Shown here: piece by piece, positions 23,294 to 36,159 of the stretch
Layout: each line of letters begins with the position of its first letter
How positions within the stretch are numbered: position 1 is the stretch's first letter
DNA from: Rhizaria sp. SCN 62-66
Taxonomy: Eukaryota
Length of the DNA: 64,000 nucleotides
Direction of reading: 5' to 3'
NCBI GenBank assembly: GCA_001724265.1
Contig: MEDY01000098.1
Span: 1-64,000, forward strand
Made by a program: the position numbers and the translations under genes
Notes under the pieces: model-generated
The model's input: the letters and a program-made list of their open reading frames with translations, nothing else
Database searches by the model: none
Told to the model about the DNA's origin: nothing

Positions 23294-26200
23294 ATGCTGT
23301 CCCGCTCTTCTGCTTCCGTCTCGAAACCCCTGCGCTCCATGCTGGCGCGCACCACCACCGCTGCCGCCGGTGCAGCTGCGAAGCTCGGTGCCGCCGCCTC
23401 TGCTGGCAGCGCCGCCGCGTCGCCGCTCGCCTCCGCGCTGCGCCCCATTGCCACGACGGCCGCGTCCCGCGCCGGCGCGCCCTCGCTTTTCTCCGCTCGC
23501 GCTCTGCCCGCCGTCTCTGCCTCGCTGTCCCGCCCCGTCTCCGTCGCCGCCCTCGCCTCCTCTGCCAGCACTGCCAGCGCTGCCGGCGCCGCGACGACGG
23601 GCGCTGCCGTGGCGACGGCCCCGTCCCGCGGCGTCGCGCTGGGCCGCATGGGCGCGAGCACGGCCGAGGAGCTCCGCGCGATGCGCAACGCGAACCTGAT
23701 GAAGTATTGCGTTGATTTGACTGCGATGGCCCGCGAGCACAAGCTTGACCCCGTGATCGGCCGCGAGGACGAGCTCCGCCGCATCATCGAGGTGCTCTCG
23801 CGCAGGCGCAAGAATTCCGTCGCGATTCTTGGCGAGCCAGGCACTGGGTACGTTTTCCTCTCATATTAATAACGCTCTCAACTGTGCTGAACTCCATCTA
23901 TGCCTTGCTGTTGTAAGCAATATCTTTTGACTCCGAACTTCGCTCTCACATTTTTTGACTGTTGCCTGCTCTTTGTGCGGTTGCTTTATTTTATTTTTTT
24001 TGTGATACGACAGTAAGACGAGTTTGCTTGAGGGCCTTGCGCAGCGCATCGTCGCCGACGAAGTCCCCGAGTCGATCAAGGGCAAGCGCGTTCTGATGCT
24101 CGACCTTCCCGGTCTCATCGCCGGCACGGGCGTGCGCGGTGAGTTCGAGTCCCGCCTCAAGTCCGTCATCAAGGAAGTCGAGGAAGCCGGTGACGTGATT
24201 CTCTTTGTCGACGAGATGCACATGCTCGTCGGCGCCGGCCGTGCGGATGGCGCCATGGACGCGGCCAACATTCTCAAGCCTTCGCTCGCTCGCGGCACGT
24301 TCCAGTTCTGCGGCGCCACCACGCTGGCCGAGTACAAGGTGATCGAGAAGGACGGCGCGATGGCCCGCCGCTTCCAGCCCGTCTACGTCTCCGAGCCCTC
24401 GGTCGAGGACACGGTGTCGATCCTGCGCGGTCTCAAGGACAAGTACGAGCTGCACCACAAGGTGACCATCACCGACGCCGCCGTCGTTGCCGCTGCCGTG
24501 TACGCGAAGCGCTACTTCACCGAACGCAAGCTGCCCGACTCTGCGATCGACCTGCTCGACGAAGCCGCGTCTCGTCTGTGCATGCAGCTGGAGAGCAAAC
24601 CTGACGTCATCGCTTCGCTCGAGCGCGTCATCCTCACCAAGAAGATCGAGATCGAGGCTCTGGCGCGCGAGGACGATCCCGCCGCGGTGGCACGGCGCAA
24701 GAACCTTGTCCGCCGGCTCCAGCGCGATGAGCGCCGGCTGGCGGACCTGATGGAGGTGTGGAGCCGCGAGAAGGGCCGCCGCGAAGAGCTGGCGCGCGCC
24801 AAGGAAGCGCTCGAGAAGGCCAAGGTCGACCTCCAGCAGGCACTCCAGAACGGCGACTTTGCCGGTGCCGGTAAGCTCAAGTATAACGTGCTGCCGGAGC
24901 TCGAGCGCTCGCTCGCGGCGGCCAAAGCGGCGGCTGAGACGCAGGCCTCCGTCGTCGACACGCACGTGCCTGAGGCCGAGGTTGTCGGCGAGGACGGACG
25001 CACGACTGTGAGCAAGAAGAAGGCGCATCTCAGCGAGGAAGTGCTTAAGCACGTGCTGCTCGCCGAGTCAGTCTCTGACGACGACATCGCACAGGTACGT
25101 TCACAACTCGACTAACACTAACTTGTTTGAATCATGTCTATCTCGTTATCTTACTACTACTTTGTATAAATCGTACAACGCAGTAGCTCACGCTTGGTCT
25201 TTGTGCTAACAAACGTTGCTTCATTTTTTTAGGTTGTCGCGCGCCACACTGGCATCCCCGTCGCGAAGCTCATGCTCAAGGAACGCGAGAAGCTTCTTCA
25301 GCTCGAGGACGTTCTCTCGCAGCGCGTCGTCGGTCAGGACGACGCCATCGCGGCCGTGGCCAACGCGATCCGTATCTCGCGCGCCGGTCTCCACCCGCAC
25401 AACCGGCCGCAGGGCGTGTTTATGCTTCTCGGGCCCTCCGGCGTGGGTAAGACTGAGCTCGCCAAGACGGTCGCCGACGCGCTGTACGAGGGCGCGCTGC
25501 TGCGCATCGATATGAGCGAGTATATGGAGCAGCACTCGGTCTCCCGTCTGCTCGGCGCCGCGCCCGGTCTAATCGGCTACGGCGAAGGTGGGCAGCTGAC
25601 TGAGGCAGTGCGGCGCCGGCCGTTCCAGGTCGTGCTGCTAGACGAGGTCGAGAAGGCCCACCGTGAGATTACCAACATCTTGCTCCAGGTCTTCGATGAG
25701 GGCCACTTGACCGACTCGATGGGGCACAAGGTCGACTTCCGCAACACCATCGTCATCCTGACCTCGAACCTCGGTGCGGCCGATCTGGCGCACGACGAGT
25801 CACTGCCGCAGGAGACGCGCGCGGACGTCATGCGTTCCGCCGCGCGTTCGCACTTCGCGCCCGAGTTCATCAACCGTTTAGATGACCTGATCGTGTTCCG
25901 CCCGCTTACCCGCGAGTCGATGCGTCCCATCGCGGACATCCAGCTCAAGGCCGTGTCTGGCATGCTCGCCGGCAAGCGCGTGCGCCTGACTGCCACGGAC
26001 GCGGCGCGCGAGTGGATTGCTGAGGCTGGGTTCGACCCGCAGTACGGCGCGCGCCCGCTCAAGCGCGTGGTGCACACAGCCGTACTCGAGCCGCTGTCGC
26101 GCGCGCTGCTGTCGGGCGCGGTGACCGAGAGCTCGCACGTGCGCGTGGGCACGCAGGCTGAGTATGACGCCGGCCAGCTGCCGGGGGCGCTGCTCAACGT

Positions 26201-26534
26201 GCAGAACACCACGCGCAGCCACAGCGTGGCGCACAGTCACCGTGAAGTAAGTGGTGAGGAGGAGGAGGCGCTGGTGTTCACGGTCGAGGCGGATGACGTG
26301 GTTCCCGACGCTGAGCTCGACGGCGATGACACAGACGCGTTCCTCGCGCAGCACGTGCACGGCGACGCTGATGGCGGTGCCAGCGAGGGCAACAACAAGC
26401 ACGGCAGTGACAGTGAGAGCGAGGTTGACTTCGGCGGCGCGACGCCGGTGCTCGGCACTGGGAGCAGCGGCGGCCACCACGGCGGCGGCGGGGCGCAGTC
26501 CGCGTCTTCGGCGGCGTCGGCGGCGCGTCGCTGA
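23294..26534 (+). CDS. clpB: ClpB/Hsp78-type disaggregase, probably mitochondrial; exons 23294-23847, 24014-25094, 25233-26534
   Basis: [18 protein letters not shown] across a splice, [19 protein letters not shown], coiled-coil middle domain, second [36 protein letters not shown]. Ala/Ser/Arg-rich presequence-like N-terminus and no Clp N-domain. TGA stop. Confidence 0.93.
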
Positions 26535-27062
26535 ATGGCTGGTTAACCTCGCGATGGTACAAATTAAGAAGACGCACGAGTAAGTCGCTCAGAAAGTGCG
26601 GATATGGGGTTTGAGAGAAATTCGTGGATTGGGGGGAAGTTTGACGTTTCTGATGATTTGGAGATAATATTGCACATTTCGTTCGGCAACAATAATTTAT
26701 TGTACGCGATGGCCAGAAATAAATCATATGAATTTTTGATGATGCAATAATATGATAGTTCAATACACTTTTCAAGTTAAAAATCAACGACGTCTCCTTT
26801 GGTGACCGTGGGCAGGGAGTCGAGAGGGGCAAAATAAATGGATTGCCTTGCGGGCCAACATTATGAAATTTCACCTAACGTCATTGGAACCCAGTAATTC
26901 GTAATTTCATCTCAGAGACTTTAATTAAAAATTTGTCTCACATTCTATCCTGCAATTTTACTTCCCTTCATTGACAGGGTAATCCCTAAACATCGCGTTT
27001 CACTTGTGGCACCGATCTGCGCCAGTGTCAACGCTGTTGCAACTCTCTCTCGCGCCTGCACG

Positions 27063-28643
27063 ATGCTCCCTGGCGTGTTCGACGTGTATATTCCCGCCAC
27101 AACACTGCCTAACAATGTGCTCGCCCTGGACCACTTTGTCGCGCATTACTTTGGCGCCTCTGAGCGGCAGCTCTACGCCAACAGCACAACATTGCAAAGC
27201 GTCTCCGTCAACATGCACTTCGATCGTCGCGCTGGTGCCGGTGCCGCACCTACAGTGATTAAATGCGTCACTGCTAACACGCAAGAACTTGCAACTTTGT
27301 GCCGCGAGTGGTCCATTGGGCGTTATCTTTCTCTTTGCTCGCACCCGTGCCTGATGCAGCCCGTCTTTGGCTCGATCGTCACCCTCCAGGAGCAGTCGCA
27401 GCCACAAGCACCAGTGCAACACTCTGGGCGCGTCGCTGAACTCACCATCTCCACTGACGCAGCGCCTACGCGAACGTTTTCCGCACCGCGCAGCCCAACT
27501 AGTCCCCGCACCCGCGCTGTCGCCGCCGCCGAGGCAGCCGCCGCAGCGGCTGCGGCCCAAGCCCTCGCCTAGTCCAGTGTCTTTGCAGCCACCGGTGAGT
27601 AGACAAACCATCGCATGGTTCTGGCGTCGCGGTATGCGGGCGCCAACTTTATGGCACGTACTGACCTGTTGCCGGCCGTGCTGCCTCAGGAGCCGCCGCC
27701 GCCGCGCACTGAACTCAACGTCGCCGACGCACGCCGCCTCGTGAAGCGTTACACCGCGCTCCTCGACGTCTATTACACGGTCGACTTTCTGCACAACGGG
27801 CTGTTCGTGACGCACAACGACATCAAGTTTGACAACGTCTCCGTTGATGCGGAGCGTGAGGACCGTGTCACGCTCATCGACTTCGGCGTCACCTCGTCCG
27901 TTTGCCCCGTGCCGCCGCCTGCGCACCCACACAGCCGGGACCATGCCCAGTATGCTGCTGCTGTGGCGGCGGCGGCCCTAAGCCAGGAGCAGATGGCGCA
28001 TGACTCTCAGGCTGTGGCTGCGTACGACCACGCGCTCGCGCTGCATATGCGTGCCCAGGCCTTCTTCAAGGTCGCCAAGGATTATGGGCCGGCCGCGAGC
28101 GACGCCCATGCCGAAGCGATCGCTCCAATGCTAGCGGAAATGACTCACTACACAGACGTTGATGGTGCCGTGCCACTGAGCGCACGCGACATCTCGCGAT
28201 CGCTGCCTGATCTTACCTCGCTCGTGACCGCGGAGAAGTCCTACAGTGTTGTCGGTACACCTAAGTACATGTCTTGGCAACTGTTGCAAACAGACGAGAA
28301 AAAGCACATAGGCGGGCACAATGCGTTTAAGTCGGATGTGTACGCGCTGGGTGTGATGCTGTTTGTGGTCGCTCTTGGTGGCGAGCCCTACTCGATGACA
28401 CGTCAGGAAGACCGTCCGTTGGCGCTGCAGTTTCTCACGGCGTACGGTGCGCGTAAGCTGTTGGAGGCGATGCAGCGCAGCTCCGTGATGCTGCCGGCGG
28501 AAATCGACGCACTGGAAGGCATGCTAAACCCGGACGAGAATCTGCGGTGGGGCATCAAGCAGGCTATCACCGCGGTCGAGACTGCCGTTGTGGAGCTCAT
28601 GAACACTCTGGCTGCGGCTGGGATTGACGTCCAGGGACAGTGA
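27063..28643 (+). CDS. Atypical non-RD Ser/Thr kinase KA (526 aa if two in-frame TAGs are read as sense)
   Basis: The N-lobe (VIK, CREWS, HPCLMQ) in ORF 27006-27572 and the C-lobe (HNDIKFDN, LIDFG, GTPKYMS, KSDVYALG) in ORF 27615-28643 share one frame, separated only by TAG 27570-27572 and TAG 27600-27602. Colinear with KB from the MLP start. TGA stop. Confidence 0.85.
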
Positions 28644-29820
28644 ATTGACTCGCGGAAGCTATGAATCTTGAAGAAGAAAATGTTGTGAGAAAAATATTGT
28701 CAGCAAAAGCCGCCCAGATGCATGTGGCGAGTAACATATGACGAGAAAGCTCGTATTTAACCTAATGTTTGGATAGTTCTAGGACAGTGTTTACCAAGTT
28801 GTTATGTACAGTGTATATGTGAAAGATGTTCTGTTCTTGTGCAGTTTGTGCGTTGCAATGCCGTGTTATGAGCATGAATGCAAGTGCGAATGAAGATTAT
28901 TGAGATTTTTGTCCGCGTTGCCATACGAATCGTCAGAAGTCACCTAGTGACATCTTTGAGCGTCGATTTGGTGACTTTGTTTAACTAGTATATATATAGA
29001 GATATATTTACGTATACCTCCCAGGGTATTTATTAAGAAATAATAATCGTAATATCGTTAATAATACATTGATGTCAACGTTGATGTCAATGTTTATCTT
29101 TGCTCCGTATCTTCATATGATACTTGAGTCACCAGTCATGAGATATCCTCAATTTGCTATCGATCCTGTTGGGTTACTCTGAACTCGTGTACTTACGAAG
29201 TCTGGGCATACTCGCATTCTGCGACTGTAGAAGACAGACTCAAGGAGGTCAGCAAAGCAGCAGATATTAATAACAATCTGCGGCATGCTGCCTCCTGAGC
29301 CGCCAGAGACTGTGAGCCGACCATAGAACCACCAATTTTAGTTCACAAACGAGAGGTAAGGGGCAATGGGCTAAGAGCAGAGAGAGTCACAAGAGTGTGA
29401 GCGAGCAGATGACATCATATACTGGTGAGTATCGATCAAAAGGACACCACTTTTGACCGCCTCAACCGTCATCAACCACCTCGCTCCTCGCCTTCACGGT
29501 CATTTCTCAATTTCAGCATCAACAAATCCAAAGAATTCAAGCCACCAACCCAACCCTCGATTTGGACCAATCGCAGCACCGAATTCAGCTGTGTACAATC
29601 ATCTAAACAGTGTTTGGAAAAAATTTAATCCTGGGTAACAATTGTATCTATTATTACTTTTCTTATAGCGCATCATCTTTAAAAAGACAACGATCCATCC
29701 CTGTTTGTCTGAGCTGAGCCTCACCACGCTGTGTCTCCTCGCTCGCGTCATTGCTATCTCCTGGCGTGCGATTTGATCTGCTGATAACGCTCTCTACATT
29801 AGCTTAGCTATCTACGTGCG

Positions 29821-31290
29821 ATGTTACCTTCCGCGCGTGTGCCTTACTCTCCTGTCTCGGAGTGGCCTCTGCATATTACAACAGTCGAGGACGAACTCGC
29901 CACGTGTTTTGGCAAGCCGTGCGCCAAACCCCTAAAGACCCAGCACGGCACGGCCGCGATTCATCTTGACTCGCGCTCTACATCCACAGATAGCGGTACG
30001 CCCCGCCTGCTTGTTGTCAAGCGCAACACCGTTTCTGCGAACCCGGGCGATGCGAAGGGCGACGACCCTCTCCAGGAGTGGGCCATGACCCGCATGCTGA
30101 GCTGTGAAGGCCACCCCTGCATCATGCAGGCGGCCAGGCTCGACGTTGTGCTTCTGCTTAAGGCAAACAAAAAGCTGGTTGTGAACACGATCGAGTTTGG
30201 TGGTCCCACTGTTCTGTCTATCTGGGACGGAACAGCGCCCGTGAACGTCTACGCTGGCTTTGACCTCCCACCGCCTGTCCTGCTCGCCGACGACAGTCGC
30301 GAGAACAAGAGGTTCAAGCGCTTGGTACTGTTTCTGGACGTGCTCTACGCGATCGACTATCTGCACAACCACCAGTTCGTTGCACACCTGGATCTGAAGC
30401 ATGAGAACGTCGTCTACTCATACTGCCCTCGTGTCAAGCGCTTCGTGCCCATGCTCATCGACTTCGGCTACGCTCGCGTCGCCGTCCCCGCTGGTCTGCG
30501 CCCCGACCACACCGTGAGTGACAATGTGGCCGAGGAGCTGCTGCAGATAGCAAACGAACGTCACACGTTCTCTTCGAACACTTTGGCGCAGCTGACCAAA
30601 ATCGCTCACGCCGGGGCAGAGGAGCGCGTGGATGAGCACCAGGCTGGACTCTTCCAAACGTGCCAGATGCTGACTGAGCGCAGTAACCCTACTGTGGGCC
30701 TCCGTCGTAGCCTGAGCCACGCTGCAAACACGACTGCTGCGGCTGTGAACGATAACACTGTGATCAACACAAACAACGCGGCTCTTGAGGTCGGCGAGAT
30801 CGATGGCACCGAGGACGAGGCAATGGCTGCCGTTGCGAGTCAAACTCCGTGCGCCATCTCCCGCTCTCTGCCTGACCTGACCGGCACTGTAACCGTTGAT
30901 CCTGTTTGCGCGCTTATCGGCACAGTTAAGTACATGTCTCCGGAGGTGCTCGGTGGCAAGTTCGATCCTTTCAAGGCGGACATTTACGCGCTCGGCGTGA
31001 TGCTCTTCACGTTCCTGACTGAGTGTGCGCCCTACGACAACACAACACACCCGGGGTACAAAGTCCTCAAGGCCAACGGCGCCACCGCGCTTGTGCATGC
31101 CTACGGGTTCAGTCTCAGCGCTAGTGAGCTCGCGGCGCTTGAGGGTATGATGGCGTGGAAGGAGGAGAAGCGCTGCAACATTAAAGACGCAATCAAGCTT
31201 GTTGAGGCTGTGGTGGAGGACGTTCGGGCTGGTATGGAGAACGCTGAACTCATGAGCGGTCTTAACGGTGGTGCTGCCATGAATGACTAA
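29821..31290 (+). CDS. Atypical non-RD Ser/Thr kinase KB, tandem paralog of KA (489 aa)
   Basis: VVK, LQEWA, HPCIMQ, HLDLKHEN, LIDFG, GTVKYMSPE, KADIYALG; uninterrupted. TAA stop. Confidence 0.9.
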   Translation: MLPSARVPYSPVSEWPLHITTVEDELATCFGKPCAKPLKTQHGTAAIHLDSRSTSTDSGTPRLLVVKRNTVSANPGDAKGDDPLQEWAMTRMLSCEGHPCIMQAARLDVVLLLKANKKLVVNTIEFGGPTVLSIWDGTAPVNVYAGFDLPPPVLLADDSRENKRFKRLVLFLDVLYAIDYLHNHQFVAHLDLKHENVVYSYCPRVKRFVPMLIDFGYARVAVPAGLRPDHTVSDNVAEELLQIANERHTFSSNTLAQLTKIAHAGAEERVDEHQAGLFQTCQMLTERSNPTVGLRRSLSHAANTTAAAVNDNTVINTNNAALEVGEIDGTEDEAMAAVASQTPCAISRSLPDLTGTVTVDPVCALIGTVKYMSPEVLGGKFDPFKADIYALGVMLFTFLTECAPYDNTTHPGYKVLKANGATALVHAYGFSLSASELAALEGMMAWKEEKRCNIKDAIKLVEAVVEDVRAGMENAELMSGLNGGAAMND

Positions 31291-31913
31291 GCACGCGAAA
31301 GTGTGAGTTCACAATGAACAACCTCCCAATCGTTACAAGGTAAAGTAAATTTATTTGGACGCACCACAGCATATTTCGGCAATGTTTGCTCTTAACCAGG
31401 TGTGTTTTACGTAAAGAAAAAACTGTCAGAAGAAAAAAAGAAAGTGAAAAGTAAGTATAGAAAGAATATACCCTACACGAACTAAAACATGCGAAAACCT
31501 GCAACTTGAAGTTGGCAAGGTAGATGGAATTGATTATTGAGTTTTTTGACAACAGTATTTTGCCAAAAGCAATATTAAAAGGTATAGCAGCATAAATACA
31601 ACGAGAAACTTGTCTAATTGAAGCCATATGCGTTGATATTGATTTTGAAAATGTCGGGAAACGGCGATCTGTTGCAGTCAAAAAGCGTTTGTGGTTCACA
31701 GGCGCCTCTACACTGACCGACCGAGAGTGATGAGTGGTCCGCAAGGACGTTTTCGTAAAGTGAAACACCGCGAATAATGACCTCTCTTATCGTCTTTGTT
31801 GGTGTGAATAGTATTTTTCGTCAGTAAACTCACGTGTCTTGAAATCTGTTTCTTCTCATGTTGTGTACAGCCAGAGTTAAGACCCTATTGCGCAAGTTCC
31901 GTCGTCGCTGAAG

Positions 31914-34900
31914 ATGGATCCTCCCGTTGCTGTCGCCAGCTCCGGGACGACTGCAGCGGCGGCTGGACCTGCCCCGGGGTCACCTGCTCAGGCAGCCGCG
32001 TTGTCGCCACCTTCACAACAGCAGGGTGGCGTCACCGTGGAGTGCGTCGACGACGAGGATGGCGTGCCCCATGCGTCGTCAGCGCCAACACCGATGACGG
32101 ACGACGCCGCGCCCGCTGCTGACGACGCCGGTGACGCTGATCCCTCGCGCCCGCTGGACCCCGCTGCCGCCGCGCAAGCCGCTCTCGAGCGCTCTGCCGC
32201 GATTACGGCCCGGTACGAGAAGAAGGGCGCTGCGCAGGCTGACGGCCGCGAGCCCGTCGGCGGGCGCCTCATTCCCGAGGAAGAGCTCGACTTCGACGAG
32301 GACGGCCACCCTGTTGTCTCGGACGCGGACTGGGAGACGACGGCGCGCGTGTTGCAGCTGTTGTACCGCTTCCCCGAGATGGCGCTGCTGTCGCGCTACA
32401 TCCGCGGCTCGCGCGGCCACGTGTTGCGCGAGAACGTGCGCGTCAACGCGATGCGGTGGCTCAAGCCAGGGCAAGTTGTCTCGACAAAGGAAGTCATCCG
32501 CGCCAAAGCCTCTGAGGAGAAGAGTCTTTTGCTTAGCACCGGCATCCGCCTGCTGCGCAACCGCAAGAAACGTCTCTTGCCGCAGCAAATGGGGCAAGTC
32601 GTCATCACCCTCGCCGACGAAGACGCCGAAGACCCGCACCTCGCCGTCGCCGACTACGATCCCACGGTCATGGACCACTCAGGCTACCCGCTCGCGCTGC
32701 CTGATCTCTCGCCCGACGGCATCGCCAACGCTAACGCCGCGGCCGCCGCTCTCGCGCGCTCTGGTGGCACCGATGCCGCGGCCATGCGCAGTCAGCTTGC
32801 ACAGGACGCTGCCGCGCCGGCCAACAGCGCCGCGGGCATCACGGTAGGCGTCAACGGCAGCGGCAGCGGGGCGGGCAAGTTCAACCCCTCTGCCAAGGCC
32901 GCGAGTGCTGCGGCTGGGTTTGTGGCTGCCAACAGGGCCGCGCTGGCCGCCGGTGGCAAGGGCCGGGTGCATCCAGCGGCGCGGTCACTGCACGCGAACG
33001 CCGCCGCCGGCACTGCGGGCGAGGGCACCGACGGCCACACTGGTAACGACAACGACGACGGCAACGAGGACGACGATGCTGAAGACGAGGACGAGGATGA
33101 GGACGACGGTGGCGACGATGCTCAGGACGACTCGACTGCTGCCGCTGCTGATGCTGCTGCATCGGCCGGCGAGGGTGAAAGTGAGATGACCCGTGCACAG
33201 CTGCGCAACATGCGCCGCGAGCAACGCCGCGCCGCCGTCGCCCCGCGCCGCCCCGAAGCCATCCAGGCCGCGCGTGCCGCCGCCGCCGCCTCGGCCGCGG
33301 CCACGGCAGCCGGCCGCAGCAAGAAGGAAGCGCTCGCTGCCGCCGAGGCCGCGCGCGCCGCTGCGTCCGCGTCGGCCGATGGCAGCAGCGCGCAGCAGCA
33401 GAAGCGCGCGCGCCACGCTACGGCGTACTCGGCCGACGTGCCGCAGCCGCGCGCGTCCGCGCTGGACGCAGACGTCGACGCCGCGGTACTCGCGGCCGCG
33501 GGCTCCCTGCCCGGCGGCGCCGCTGCGGCCGCGGCTGTGATCGCGGACGTGGCTTCTGCAGCGGGGTCATCCGCCGCCGTGGCCAAGTTCCTCGGCGACA
33601 GCGCGGTCGGCGGAGGCCGGTACGCGCGTGTGTTCAACACTGGCAGCAACGCCAGGGCCGGCGCGGCGGCTGTGCCTGGCCGTGTGACCGCGGCCGAGGT
33701 GCACTCGGACAGCGACGGGGAGGACCTTGCCAACACCAAGGAGCCCGCCACCGCCGCCGCTGCTGCTGCTCCCGCACCCGCAGTCACGAGTACTGGCTCC
33801 GGCGTCTTGAGTGCCGAGGAAGCGAGGCGCGTGGGCGTGCAGGACCCCAGCCGCGTGACCGTGAGCGCTGACGGCCGCCTGCGCAAGCGCGGGAAACAGG
33901 AGTCGGCGGCGTGGGTCGCCAAGGAAGGCATGTACGGCGGCGCGGTCGCCGTCGACAGCCACCACAGCGAGCACGAAGAACACTCTGACGGTGACGGGGA
34001 CGGCAACGGTGATGGTGAGGAGCAGGACGGCCAGCAACAGGACGACGCCAAGAACAATCTCAAGAAGAAGCAGGCCGGTGACTCTACCAGCGGCAGCAAG
34101 CCTGTGGTGAGCACCACAGCGGTCGACGCGTACCAGCAGCAAGTCATGGCTGCCGCCGCCGCCGCCACAGCCGCCGCCGCCGCCGCCGCGCGCGCCGAGG
34201 CCCTCCGCTCCGGCCGCCCGCGCTTCCTGCCCAAGTCTATCCCGTGCTACGTGTGCAAGAAGCACTTCAAACAGCTGCACCACTTCTACGACCGCATGTG
34301 CCCCGTGTGCGCCGACTTTAACTTCGCCAAGCGCTATCAGTCCGCCGACATGCGCGTTCACCGCACCGTCCGCAGCGCCAGCGCCGACGCCAGCGCTGAC
34401 GCTGCGGCTGTGAAGACTGTGACGACGCAGCGCGTGGCGCTTGTGACGGGCGCGCGCGTCAAGATCGGCTACGAAATCGCGCTCAAGCTTCTCCGTGCCG
34501 GTGCATTCGTCATCGCGACTTCGCGTTTCGCCAACGACACTGCGCTGCGGTTCACCCGCGAGCCCGACTTTGTGCAGTGGGCCGACTCGCTGCACGTGTA
34601 CGCGCTCGATCTCCGCGTGCTGTCAGCCATCGAGCTCTTTTGCGCGCACTTGTTGCGGACGTATGACCGCCTGGACTGCATCATCAACAACGCCGCGCAG
34701 ACGATCCGGCGGCCGCCGCAGTTCTACCGCCACCTGCTGCAGGGCGAGCGCGTGCCGCTCGAGATGCTGCCGCCCTCTGCTGCCGCGCTCGTGCGCAGTT
34801 TCGTGCCCGATGAGGTGCGCAAGGCCGCGTCGTCCCCCGCAGCCGTGCAGGGGCTGTTGCAAGCGATGAACGGCGCGGCGCACGGCGTGTCCAACGGCGG

Positions 34901-34980
34901 CGTTGCGCAGCTCACGTTTGCGCCCAAGACGAGCGAGGTCAAGAGCGAGAGTGGCGTCAAGAAGGAGGCCATGACCGACG

Positions 34981-35058
<78 letters not shown>

Positions 35059-35909
35059 TCAGCGCGAGCTCGGGTAGCAGCGCTAGCGCTGACACCGAGG
35101 CCGCCAAGGAGACTGTGACTGACACTGAGGCTGACTCTGCCCAGTCTAAGACCGAGGCGGAGGCCGAGGTGGAGGCTGAGCTGAAGCGTGAGGCCGAGGC
35201 CGAGCAGCAGAAGCGCGCCGACGAGACGCGCGTGGCCGAGTTTTTCGGAAATCAAGCCGCCGCGAGTACCCGCCTTGTGGCCATGCTGTCGCTGCCACAG
35301 GCCGCGGCCGTGAACCCGGCGGAGCTGAGTCAGATTGCGCTAGTGGCGGGCGACGAAGACAAGCCCGAGGACGCGGTGCTCTTCCCGGCCGGGTCTCTCG
35401 ACAAGGACGACCAGCAGGTTGACTTGCGACCGAAGCAGACGTGGGTGCTGCAGATGGGCGAGGTGTCCGCCGTGGAGATGATCGAGGTGCAGACCGTGAA
35501 TGCGATGGCGCCATTCTTGCTCAACACGCGGCTCAAGCCGCTGCTGCTGCGCGCGCGCACGCCGACGTGGATCGTCAACGTCAGCTCCATGGAAGGCAAG
35601 TTCCGTGGGTTCAAGGACACGACGCACGCGCACACCAACATGGCCAAGGCCGCGCTCAACATGCAGACGCACACGGCTGGCAAGGACTACGCGCACGACC
35701 GCATCTTCCTCAACGCCGTCGACACGGGATGGGTGACGGAGGAGCTGCCCCACGAGCTCGCAGTACACAAGGCGCAGCTGGGCTTTGCGCCGCCGCTGGA
35801 TGAGATCGACGGCGCGTCGCGCGTGCTGGACCCGGTGTTCACGTCGCTGCTTACGGGCGTGTACGAGTTCGGCAAGTTCTTCAAGGACTACGCCGAGGGA
35901 CACTGGTGA
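31914..35909 (+). CDS. Short-chain dehydrogenase/reductase-family protein with a preceding CxxC..CxxC module and long low-complexity N-terminus (1331 aa)
   Basis: CYVCKKHF..HHFYDRMCPVCA, VALVTGARVKIG, IINNAAQT, IVNVSSMEG, HTNMAKAALNM, AVDTGWV, PPLDEIDGASRVLDP. TGA stop. Confidence 0.88.
34981..35057 (+). repeat. (AACAGC)n coding hexanucleotide repeat encoding (Asn-Ser)n
   Basis: About 12 perfect units inside the SDR-family ORF. Confidence 0.92.
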
Positions 35910-36159
35910 AGAATGGAAGCAGTGCTTGTCAGTGTTGTTTTGATCGAGATGTTATCGGGATACGTATGTAATACACAAGAATGTTATTAAAATAATATGC
36001 GAACTCTTAAAACCAATGTATTTGTGATGCTTTGAATGAAATGGCATGGCATGAAAACACTATAAAACGTAACGCTGTAGGAGAACGTTGACCAATGGCG
36101 ATCTCAAGCTTCGCGGGTCGGTCTCCTGTCCTGTGCTGATGTCAGACGTTGTGTGCGCT

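Noticed and set aside
26978-28643. Calling KA, K1 or RAB3GAP1 pseudogenes because of internal stops
   Set aside because: The only lesions are TAG, with no frameshifts or in-frame TAA/TGA. Motifs and splice sites are intact, and TAG is never used as a terminal stop in the window.
34981-35057. Regular repeat considered as a CRISPR-like or telomeric array
   Set aside because: No spacers; it is an in-frame coding microsatellite for (Asn-Ser)n.
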